A stretch of DNA of 64,000 nucleotides from Candidatus Bathyarchaeota archaeon (GTDB taxonomy: Archaea; Thermoproteota; Bathyarchaeia; Bathyarchaeales; Bathycorpusculaceae), in NCBI GenBank assembly GCA_963733095.1, contig CAVTBV010000009.1, positions 192,001 through 256,000 of the forward strand, given 5' to 3'. Under the pieces are notes generated by a model that searched no databases, was not told where the DNA came from, and saw only the letters and a program-made list of their open reading frames with translations. This document shows, piece after piece, positions 31,098-39,436 of this stretch (position 1 is its first letter; every line of letters begins with the position of its first letter). A program made the translations under genes and the position numbers.

Positions 31098-31229
31098 AAG
31101 GCCTTCCAAAATCTGGGCCCCATAGTAGAAGAGGCTTTTCAGGTTTTATCTTATCATCACAACATATAAAAAATAAATATAGAATATCGATCTGGCTCTA
31201 TCTATCCCCCTCAATTTGGTGAAGGCCTT
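31098..31229 (+). repeat. ~132-bp MITE-like element, copy 2
   Basis: AAGGCCTT termini; CATAGTAGAAGAGG and CTTATCATCACAACAT core. Confidence 0.8.
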
Positions 31230-31480
31230 CATTTACATGAAAAATCAGGCGCGTCTGAGCATGCAGGGCTACCTTAGCGCCCCTCTAAAATAGAAACAGC
31301 CGGCGGGCAGCAGCACGCGTTCGAGATCCGCCTCAAGAAGAAGTTTGAATGGTTCCACAGCACCGAATTCAAGAGCCTCTGGCGGCAGCAGATTCAGTAC
31401 CAAGAAGTAGCATATCCGGTCAGTCACCTTCGCCCGGGCGAGGCATTGATTGAGCGCTTTGACACGTGGGACATCGACGA

Positions 31481-31611
31481 AAGGCCTGCAGCAAACCAGG
31501 GGGCATAAGGTAAGTGCATTCTATTTTTCTTTATTTTTTTTAATGTTCTGATGATTAGCTGTTTTGCCCCAAACCTCTCTTCTACTATACCCCCAGAAAA
31601 TTGCAGGCCTT
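31481..31611 (-). repeat. ~132-bp MITE-like element, copy 3 (inverted)
   Basis: AAGGCCTGCA...TGCAGGCCTT termini; reverse complement has TATAGTAGAAGAGAGG and CTAATCATCAGAACATTAAAAAAA. Confidence 0.78.
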
Positions 31612-32036
31612 GTGAGTATCCCGCTACCGCACGATAGAAGAAATGCGCTTGCTGGAAAATGCCGAATTAATTGCACCAGAATTTGCACGAACGGTTGCTC
31701 CGATTTTCATAGGAAATAACCGAACTCGACCGATTCCGATGCCGCAGTTACGCCGTTCCTACGGGCTTTCGTTTTGATCGCCCGTATCTGAAATAGTAAC
31801 CAATGAGCATGAGGCCAATTGTAACAGCGATTACTATAATTGCCGTATCAGTAGTCGTGTTGTTTCCCCTCTATCCATGCGTTGTTTAACATCTAATAGC
31901 CCTACCTGCACGTTTAAAGTATGCAATGTCACGCTTATATGGCACGCTGTTCTTAGAGCGCAACAAATTGAAGGCCTTTAGCTATCGCAAGAAAACCTGT
32001 AGAGGCGATTAAATATCGCTCAAGGAAAATTTTTTT

Positions 32037-32318
32037 ATGCTCAGCAAAACGGAACAGGAATTTCTTCGGGACCCATCAAGTTTTAACTCGAATTATCAGC
32101 GTTCATTGCGTTGCCGCCTTAAAGTCAAAGCCGAAAAAATGCGCGGGGAACTTTCTTTGCTTAACGCTACGGAAAACTGTAGCGGCGTTGCTGAATTCTG
32201 CAGCGAAAATAAACGTCTAAATCAAGACCATTCAATGAATCAGGGGCAGAAATGGAGCCTTCGGCGGGATTTGGACCCGCGACCATTACCTTACCAAGGT
32301 AACGCCCCACCGGGCTAG
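32037..32318 (+). pseudogene. probable integrase N-terminal fragment int(N) running into the tRNA-Thr att site
   Basis: ORF enters the att as WSLRR and continues antisense through the tRNA, as expected for partitioned archaeal integrases. Confidence 0.6.
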
Positions 32319-32328
32319 GCTACGAAGG
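32253..32328 (-). tRNA. tRNA-Thr(GGT), CCA encoded
   Basis: GCCTTCG/CGAAGGC acceptor stem, TTACC-TTGGTAA-GGTAA anticodon arm, GCGGG-TCCAAAT-CCCGC T arm. Confidence 0.95.
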
Positions 32329-32496
32329 CAAATTTGTGTTCTTCTCTCAAACAACATGCAGTTCTAAATAAAGAGCTTACGGTTACCCAGCCCAATCCAA
32401 CGATGGAAACCAGCAAAATAACGCTGAAACACCAGACTTTAGGGGGCAAATAAATATTAAAGGAGGCTAAACGTATTGTCACACAGTTCAACGTGT

Positions 32497-32584
32497 GCAG
32501 GGGTCTCCAAGCCAGGTCAACGGAGTAGGGCTTAGGACCCTATCGCGTAGGCGTTCGTGGGTTCGAATCCCACCCCCTGCACCA
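32497..32584 (+). tRNA. tRNA-Leu(TAG), CCA encoded
   Basis: GCAGGGG/CCCCTGC acceptor, TAGGG-CTTAGGA-CCCTA anticodon arm, long variable arm, GTGGG-TTCGAAT-CCCAC T arm. Confidence 0.96.
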
Positions 32585-32651
32585 TATATAAATAAACTGC
32601 AGTGGATTTATCCTGGCGATGTATACCTGTTTTTTCTTGGTTTTTCATATT

Positions 32652-32717
32652 TTAAATATTCCTTTTTCTAAAGAACTTGAGCCCTTCAAAGTCGGTGATG
32701 TACTCAAAGCCTTCTTC
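32652..32717 (-). pseudogene. tyrosine-integrase C-terminal tail remnant
   Basis: EEGFEYITDFEGLKFFRKRNI*, resembling the GFEYV...K.FRKRK tail recalled for Bathyarchaeia integrases. Confidence 0.55.
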
Positions 32718-32921
32718 TTTCCAACAAGCGTAGGACTGTCACTTAACTAAAAGAAGACGACAACATTCCTGTACACAGCGCTGTCTTCTGTCGACTTAAA
32801 GCTGATTCCCAACGCAAGCCATCAGTTACCGGGTAGAAGAAGCGTCCGTGCAGCAATCTTCTTCTTCTCTTAAAGTAGACTACCGACGAACAAATAACCT
32901 TGTGCAGGACCTTAACTGGAC

Positions 32922-33611
32922 TTAATAATATTTCTTCAACGGGTTTTGCGGGTCCGTCGCTAACTTCACAGACGACGGAATTATGACGTTGCGCCAATCC
33001 GGTTCGAATGTTCTTGCTTCAATACCAGAAACATTAACTCGGTGGATGTGGAGAGCATATTCCATCGCTTGGTCCTGAGGGTTCTCAAGCTCAAGCATCT
33101 GCTTTAGGCTTAAGTGTTCAAAGACTCTTCTAATCGGGCGCATCGAGTTGCCATGGCACGAGATAGCCACATTACAAGGATTCTGTCGAAGCCAACTTTC
33201 AAGTTGCACAATAAAGGGCAAGGTGCGGCTTTCAACCATTTTGAGGCTTTCGCCGTCTGGAGGCGCAAAATCGTAGCCTCGATGAACTTTGGCAAACCAC
33301 TCAGGTTTTTCGGCTGCTACCTCAACCTTGCTTTTGCCCTGCAACGTACCATAACAACGTTCTATCAGGCGGTCGTCTACGAAAACAGGAACGTTGAGGT
33401 GCGGTTTGAGGACAATCTCAAGGGTTCTTTTGGCTCTCAACAGATGTGATGTAAATGCATAGTCAATTTTTTCTTGTTCCAACTGTTGAGCAATTTCTTG
33501 TGCCTGTAAAAGTCCTTTTGCAGTTAAGTCTGGGTCACGCCAGCCCGAGAATATTCGGTTGCTATTATCAGTGGTCTCAGCGTGTCTAAAAACGAACAGA
33601 TTACAAATCAT
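32922..33611 (-). CDS. histidine phosphatase family, cofactor-dependent phosphoglycerate mutase-like
   Basis: RHAE, FSGW.D, ERCYG.LQG, PPDGES and HGNS.R motifs. Confidence 0.88.
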   Translation of the reverse strand: MICNLFVFRHAETTDNSNRIFSGWRDPDLTAKGLLQAQEIAQQLEQEKIDYAFTSHLLRAKRTLEIVLKPHLNVPVFVDDRLIERCYGTLQGKSKVEVAAEKPEWFAKVHRGYDFAPPDGESLKMVESRTLPFIVQLESWLRQNPCNVAISCHGNSMRPIRRVFEHLSLKQMLELENPQDQAMEYALHIHRVNVSGIEARTFEPDWRNVIIPSSVKLATDPQNPLKKYY

Positions 33612-33934
33612 AAATTAGCTTCACCAAATGTCGAGTAAACTGGGGCTATCGCAAATTGTCTTAACTCTTTTATTTACATATCTCAATTGAGTTACTGGCA
33701 TGTTCCAAAGCGGTTCTCACATCCTCGGTGAACAGAACATTTCTTCATCTTAACCGTACGCATTTCATAAAGTCTGTTTGCAACTGTTAATAATCTGTCT
33801 TTTTCTTCACGGTAGTTTATCACCAAAACCGTGTTGCTTACAGAAACATAAACAACATTTTGAATCTCAATTTCTTCTGAATTAGACCCTCCTTTCTCTT
33901 TTTATTTTTCTTTATTTAATTTGCAAAAAAGGCA

Positions 33935-34450
33935 CTATAATTGTTCAATTTCAATTGCAACCTCGTTTCTGCGCAAAAATCCCGGAATAAATGGCGGATT
34001 GTAAAGCATTGTGAACACTTCACCTTTTGTTTTGATTTTCGCCGCTGTTAATTCGTGCAATAGTTCTTGCGTCTCTTTTTCAAAATGAGCTTCTGACCAC
34101 CCGCCTGAGAAACAAAGGGCAGCAACAGTTCTCTCAGGAATTTCAGATATTTTCACCTTATCATCCAAAGGTTCAGGAGTGGTCTCAAGCGTGTATTCTG
34201 CAGGCATCACAAAGGCCATAGCACCAGTCTCCGAGATAACGGGTGAAGTCATCGAGATTTTTTGAGAAACCACTGGCGCAGTCATTTTCACTTTTGATTG
34301 TTGCTTATTTTGGCCCGTTATGAACTTGTAAAGAAGACTAAACGCATCTACTGTTGGATCTTCGACCTTTGCAATAACGGTCTTTGGGTATCGACGAATC
34401 TCAACTTTTCCTATCTCTCGAATTACTTCATATTTTAATGTCTCAACCAT
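33935..34450 (-). CDS. SOUL heme-binding protein
   Basis: EIRRY, I.G.N, MTAPV and YNPP.....RRNE motifs; ATG at 34450. Confidence 0.88.
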   Translation of the reverse strand: MVETLKYEVIREIGKVEIRRYPKTVIAKVEDPTVDAFSLLYKFITGQNKQQSKVKMTAPVVSQKISMTSPVISETGAMAFVMPAEYTLETTPEPLDDKVKISEIPERTVAALCFSGGWSEAHFEKETQELLHELTAAKIKTKGEVFTMLYNPPFIPGFLRRNEVAIEIEQL

Positions 34451-34469
34451 TTTTTCCACTTCCAAGTTT

Positions 34470-35252
34470 TTAGGAGATTTTGCGTCTAAACAACAGAATA
34501 CTGGCACCCAAACTAAGAACGCCCACGATAAATATTGCAATCAATGCGTACCAAATATCTTGCCAGACGAAGCCCTTGATTATTAATGACTGAAAGGCGC
34601 CAGCAACATAGGTGAAGGGGTTGACCTTCGCGACTTGTTGAACCCAATCAGGTAACAGACCAAGCGGCATTACAGCAGCGGAGAGAAACAAAAGCGGAAA
34701 AGTAGTTAAAAGACCAATTGAAAGGGTAGTTTCAGCATTCTTGGTGTTTAAAGCCACAAACAAGGAAATTCCTGACCAAGCAATTCCGAAAAGGGCGGCT
34801 AACACGAAAATCAATAAAACTCCGAGAACACCCGAGGCTATGTTTACACCTAAAACTAAACCAATCGCAAGTATAATTGCAACCTGAATAACTGTAGTCA
34901 ATGCGCTACTGAAAAGTCTCCCAAAGAGAATTGATGATTTATTGATTGGAGCAACTCGCATTTTGTCCATAAAGCCGCTGTCAAAATCGTTCACTATTCC
35001 AATCCCTGTATTCAACGCTGAGGAGGCAATTGTTTGTATTACGACTGCGGCAGTGAAGAACGTAATGTAGCTGCTTGTTCCAGTGAGCAGTCGGAAGGTT
35101 GGTATGTTTCCAATTGCCGAGAAAGCTTGAGTGAAAAGCAAAAACCAAACTAGCGGTTGAATGAGATTGAAGAAAATTAAAATTGGCTGGCGCAACAGTT
35201 TTTTGTTCCAGCGCATAAAAATAGCTGCAACTTCCGAGAGCATTTCCATCAT
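34470..35252 (-). CDS. ABC-2 type exporter permease
   Basis: Six TM helices; LPDW...A.VNP.TY motif. Confidence 0.9.
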   Translation of the reverse strand: MMEMLSEVAAIFMRWNKKLLRQPILIFFNLIQPLVWFLLFTQAFSAIGNIPTFRLLTGTSSYITFFTAAVVIQTIASSALNTGIGIVNDFDSGFMDKMRVAPINKSSILFGRLFSSALTTVIQVAIILAIGLVLGVNIASGVLGVLLIFVLAALFGIAWSGISLFVALNTKNAETTLSIGLLTTFPLLFLSAAVMPLGLLPDWVQQVAKVNPFTYVAGAFQSLIIKGFVWQDIWYALIAIFIVGVLSLGASILLFRRKIS

Positions 35253-35254
35253 TT

Positions 35255-36271
35255 TTAACGTCTCCTTCTTTTTTGAGCACCAATTGCTTCTTTGCGTTCT
35301 ACAACGTTGAGGGTTTTTCCTGTTAGTTTAAGGAAGACTTCATCAAGAGTGGGCGCTGAAAGGTTAAGTTGTTCAATGTCAATACCAGCATTATCCAATT
35401 CTCGTACTATTTGCGTAATAACTGTTGGGCCATTTTTTGCTGTTATCGTCAAGCCGTTCTCGGAGATTAAGCCGTCGTTGCATTTGCCGACTTCTTGAAT
35501 CCCGGGCAACGTAGAGATTAATTCTTTAGCCTTATCACACGCTGAGGAATCGGCTATTTTGAATCGGAGTTTGATTTTGTCTGAGCCTATTTGCTCCTTT
35601 AGTTCATTTGGTGAGCCTTCCGCAACAATTTTACCTTGATCGATGATACATAATCTTCCGGCTAAAAGGTCAGCTTCTTCCATATACTGTGTGGTTAAGA
35701 AGATTGTCATTCCTTGACGGTTGAGCTTTGTTATGTAACTCCAAATATCTTGACGGCTCTGTGGGTCTAAACCTGTTGTTGGTTCATCTAAGAATAGAAT
35801 TTTAGGTTCAGAAACTAATGCTGACGCTAAGTCGAGCCTCTTTCTCATTCCACCTGAAAAAGTCTTTAATCTACGGTCAGCTGCCTCAGCAAGCCTGATT
35901 GTTTGTAGGAGTTCGTTAACTTTTGCTTTCGCTTTTTCTTTTGCAATATGATGAAAGCTGCATTGCAACATTAGGTTCTCACGTGCAGTGAGGTCATCAT
36001 CGACTCCGACTTCCTGTGACGAGTATCCTATTATGCGTCTTACCTTGGCTTGGTCAGCATCAACGTCTAATCCATCGATTGTGACTTCTCCAGAACTTTT
36101 TTCTAAAAGTGTTGTTAGGATTTTAATTGTTGTACTTTTTCCTGCTCCGTTCGGACCTAGAAAACCGAAAATTTCGCCTTTTTTCACAGTGAAAGATATG
36201 TCATTTACTGCAACAATGTTTTTGCCGTAAGTTTTGTTTAGATTTTTTACTTCTACAATATTTTCTGCCAT
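35255..36271 (-). CDS. ABC exporter ATP-binding subunit (DrrA-like)
   Basis: GPNGAGKST, FSGGM and LDEPTTGLD motifs. Confidence 0.93.
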   Translation of the reverse strand: MAENIVEVKNLNKTYGKNIVAVNDISFTVKKGEIFGFLGPNGAGKSTTIKILTTLLEKSSGEVTIDGLDVDADQAKVRRIIGYSSQEVGVDDDLTARENLMLQCSFHHIAKEKAKAKVNELLQTIRLAEAADRRLKTFSGGMRKRLDLASALVSEPKILFLDEPTTGLDPQSRQDIWSYITKLNRQGMTIFLTTQYMEEADLLAGRLCIIDQGKIVAEGSPNELKEQIGSDKIKLRFKIADSSACDKAKELISTLPGIQEVGKCNDGLISENGLTITAKNGPTVITQIVRELDNAGIDIEQLNLSAPTLDEVFLKLTGKTLNVVERKEAIGAQKRRRR

Positions 36272-36658
36272 CTTTTTCTCACTGCAGTTAAAAACTAGGG
36301 GTAATTCCTACACTTAACCTATTTCTAAGGGTGTAATAACCTTATCGTTGAGTTCTTTAACAACTTGTTTCTCAGGATTATTATTTATAATTAAAATCTT
36401 GTTTTTCTTCTCTAAAATACAAAGAAAAAGGGGAAAGTAACTGCACAGAAGCAAATCAAACGATAGATGCATCCCCACAAGTACCCTCGGCCCAATTACC
36501 TCTTGGCCATTAAGGGTTCGAGGCAACGGCTGCTCAAACTACCAGGGGATTAAAACACAACCTACTGCAGGCGAATTCTTTCGATACCACAAATCGTACT
36601 TCAACTCAAAAGCCCATCCCCAGCACTATGGTTAAGATTCAGTATATAGAAAGAATTT

Positions 36659-36700
36659 TTGGGCAAAGAGTACTTTCATTGGGCAAAGAGGACTTTCAAT
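36659..36700. repeat. tandem 20-bp duplication
   Basis: TTGGGCAAAGAGTACTTTCA followed by TTGGGCAAAGAGGACTTTCA. Confidence 0.7.
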
Positions 36701-36762
36701 GAACTATAACAAAGCAAATTTAGCTGTAACTACATAAATGAACTTTAAGATGAGGGTTTGAA

Positions 36763-37380
36763 GTGCAAATTTGGTTCCTGCTTTCCTTATTAGGCTTCAT
36801 CGCAGTAATACCAATTTATTTCTTATCAATTGAGCACTCAAAACTCAAACAAAAATATGGTGAACAAAAAGGAAAAAGGATCGGAGAAATATTAGGTATA
36901 GTTTCTGGTTGGGGATTTTTTCTTTTTTGGTTCGGAATCTGGTTTTCTCCGCAAGACAGATTTGCTACTCCATTTCTTGAGGATTTGTCAATTCAAATTC
37001 CATACATCAACTTCACACTCAATGTCGCCAATCTAATTGTTTTTCTGCCGTTTTTCATAGCTGGTGCATGGTTTGGAGTCAAAGGCGTTCTAGAAACATC
37101 TCTTAAGGTTGCAGAAACTCACAGAGCAGAAAAAATCACCTCCACAGGCGTTTACTCAATTATGCGTCACCCACAATATTTTGGCGGAATACTAGCACAC
37201 ATCGGTTTTTCCATTCTACTATCAGCAACTTTTTCTCTTCTCGTTACTCCTTTGGTAGTGGCTGAAATCTACTTGATTTCACTAAAGGAAGAAAGCGAAC
37301 TATCCAAAGAATTTGAAAAAGAATATGAAGACTACAAAACGAAAGTTCCGATGTTGTTTCCCAGGAAATTGAGAAGGTAG
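36763..37380 (+). CDS. isoprenylcysteine carboxyl methyltransferase / PEMT family membrane protein
   Basis: GVYSIMRHPQY, EE..L..EF..EY..Y..KVP motifs. Confidence 0.88.
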   Translation: MQIWFLLSLLGFIAVIPIYFLSIEHSKLKQKYGEQKGKRIGEILGIVSGWGFFLFWFGIWFSPQDRFATPFLEDLSIQIPYINFTLNVANLIVFLPFFIAGAWFGVKGVLETSLKVAETHRAEKITSTGVYSIMRHPQYFGGILAHIGFSILLSATFSLLVTPLVVAEIYLISLKEESELSKEFEKEYEDYKTKVPMLFPRKLRR

Positions 37381-37537
37381 AAAATGCATGTTTTTCAAAC
37401 CTTGGTTCTTTGTTGCAGGTGCTATGTTGGCGAACACGATTTTGTACTTGTCGTCCCAGCGTGATAGATGAGTTGAGGTCAACCCTATCCTGAAAGCCTA
37501 ATAGGGCAGATGAGAAATTCCTTTTGGGGTGTAGTAA

Positions 37538-37774
37538 GTGAAGAATGGCGAATGCACGATTTACATTATGAAAGGTGAGAAATGTATCAATAAGTTTAGG
37601 AGAGCAAAGGATGGTTGGAGTTTAACCATTGCGAGCGGTCGTGTGTTTTCTTGTACCTGTGAACAGATGGTTTCTCATTTACTACCCGCTTTAGCATTTG
37701 GGAGCAAGAAGGGCATAGCGGTTAAGGTCATCCCCGACAAAGAATTGTTGACAAAATCGCCAACTAATAGCTGA
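37538..37774 (+). CDS. hypothetical protein
   Basis: 78-aa ORF ending just before a mini-tRNA repeat. Confidence 0.5.
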   Translation: MKNGECTIYIMKGEKCINKFRRAKDGWSLTIASGRVFSCTCEQMVSHLLPALAFGSKKGIAVKVIPDKELLTKSPTNS

Positions 37775-37803
37775 ACAAACCCCTCTTAAGATAAAAGAGG
37801 GAT

Positions 37804-37851
37804 GTGCGGGTGACATCTCCACGGGTAGAGGGTTCAAATCCCACCTGCACA
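37804..37851 (+). repeat. mini-tRNA-like/att repeat (tRNA-Leu 3' derived)
   Basis: GTGCGGG-TGACAT-CTCCACGGGTAGAG-GGTTCAAATCC-CACCTGCAC. Confidence 0.75.
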
Positions 37852-38392
37852 ACAATCGGACCACATCGCAACGCCATTGCTCCGATAAACGGCTTTTTGA
37901 GCTGCTAAAGAACTTCTGTTGCCTAGAGCGCTCAAAGAAGAAAAAGATGGTGCAGCAATCAAACTACTCAATAACCCATAAGGAAAACAAAACAGACAAC
38001 TAAGATGCCCACCCCTCTTAGGATTCTCCCGATTAAGCGCTTGTTGCTTTAAACCTGCAGCGGAGTGCAAAGGCATTGGGTTTGCCTAAATGCTTGTACA
38101 CTCACGTCCACACTGCTCTGCATGGGTTCTATGTTGAGCTGTGTGGGCAAACGCTCTTCCCACACTAAAACCGCATAAGGCAAAAAGCCTAAACCAAGAA
38201 AGCAGACGTTTGCAAAGCCCACAGTGTAGTGTTGAATCTTTAGAGCCCCACACTCACACAAAGAAAAAAGAAATGAACCTCTTTCATGGCTAAAGCGATT
38301 AGGGTCTGAGCGTTAAATTTAGACGTGGTTTAAATCTAACCCCTGCGCCAGTTTAAGCAAAACGTATGAGGGTACGTTCGGGTATAATTCCG

Positions 38393-38500
38393 CTAAAGTT
38401 TACATTCTCTAAAGATTCTGGCGCCACCAAATTCTGTGACCTACTCAAAGCCTGATTCTACAAAGCTACAGATTTCTTTTTCCGTTTTAGCAACTTTTGA
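38393..38500 (-). pseudogene. tyrosine-integrase C-terminal tail remnant with internal stop
   Basis: SKVAKTEKEICSFVESGFE*VTEFGGARIFRECKL*; similar to 32652-32717. Confidence 0.6.
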
Positions 38501-38568
38501 GTTGTAGCTTGTTTTGCCTTGGAATAATGCTTCTTCAAGCTGGACGCAAAAAGGAAAGTTTTGGACTT

Positions 38569-39036
38569 CTATGCGAAGCTAACAAATTTTTTCGGTTCAT
38601 TACTCGTTGCAAAAGTCCAGAAGTGAGCTGTGCATTTAATGATTCTAAAGAGAATCAGCCCTGGATTTTCCGGTGTTAATCCTGCCTTCTTTAGGAAGGG
38701 CCTGGCGTCAAGAAGCTTCTTTTTCATTTCTATATCATCAATGAATTCAACCGTGCCGGCTACCCTCATTTGCTGCATGTCTTTGCTTTTACTGTTAAAG
38801 AAGCACACTTCAACCTTAGGTGTAGCTTTCAACTGCTTATAGACATCTTTTCCAGCGGCAGAGCTGTAATATAGACCTGACTTGTCAGCGTACCAAAGTT
38901 GAAATCCTCTGACCCGCGGTTGTCCACTATCTACGGTTGCTAAGAAGCCTATTGGATTTTCATTTACAAACTTGATATACTCTTCTAATGTAGATGGTTG
39001 ACTCATGTTGTTTTTCACTGAAAGATACTTTGGCAA
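38569..39036 (-). CDS. pyridoxamine 5'-phosphate oxidase-like FMN-binding protein
   Basis: FLATVD.GQPRVR and K.VY.QL..P.VE.CF motifs. Confidence 0.85.
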   Translation of the reverse strand: MPKYLSVKNNMSQPSTLEEYIKFVNENPIGFLATVDSGQPRVRGFQLWYADKSGLYYSSAAGKDVYKQLKATPKVEVCFFNSKSKDMQQMRVAGTVEFIDDIEMKKKLLDARPFLKKAGLTPENPGLILFRIIKCTAHFWTFATSNEPKKFVSFA

Positions 39037-39106
39037 CAGTATATTTATTGTTATTAAATTATGAAAGTTAATCTCTCAAAAAAGATTATTCTTTCAAAAT
39101 AGGGAA

Positions 39107-39157
39107 GTGCGGGAACATCTCCACCGGCTTGAGGGTTTGAATCCCATCCCTGCACCA
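39107..39157 (+). repeat. mini-tRNA-like/att repeat (tRNA-Leu 3' derived)
   Basis: GTGCGGG-AACAT-CTCCACCGGCTTGAG-GGTTTGAATCCC-ATCCCTGCACCA. Confidence 0.78.
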
Positions 39158-39436
39158 TTTTCGAACACTATCACATGACTTAGAAACCAAGCAGTCAATA
39201 ATGACTGCCAGAACCCTGACGAACCCATTCAAAGGCTGGGTTCTTCCAAACGCCTAAATGCTGGATAGGGCTTAACCATCTATTCCAGAGATTTGGTGTA
39301 CCCAACTCTATTTATTTCGTCAAGAGTCAGCTAACGTTGTACAAATCGATAAAGCAACAATCAAAACGGTAAACTTCAATGGACAATTAGTCCATACAAA
39401 CTAAATTGCAACCCAAATTTTCTTCTTTATTCATTA

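Larger units (their letters stand above)
26076..32268. mobile_element. decayed integrative element at tRNA-Thr with split (SSV-type) integrase
   Basis: 16-bp direct repeat TGGAGCCTTCGGCGGG at 26076-26091 and 32253-32268 (tRNA 3' end); int(C) and int(N) fragments at the two ends; AT-rich cargo. Confidence 0.8.

Noticed and set aside
30419-31611. CRISPR array or classical integron attC array
   Set aside because: Repeats are about 132 bp, diverged and in mixed orientation, with 250-550 bp spacers. There are no cas genes, no attC core motifs and no IntI.
37834-38261. Two short minus-strand ORFs
   Set aside because: No recognisable motifs, and they overlap a repeat; probably decayed element DNA
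38441-38443. In-frame TAG as pyrrolysine recoding
   Set aside because: It lies in a start-less remnant, most simply a Tyr-to-stop mutation, and no pyl genes are seen
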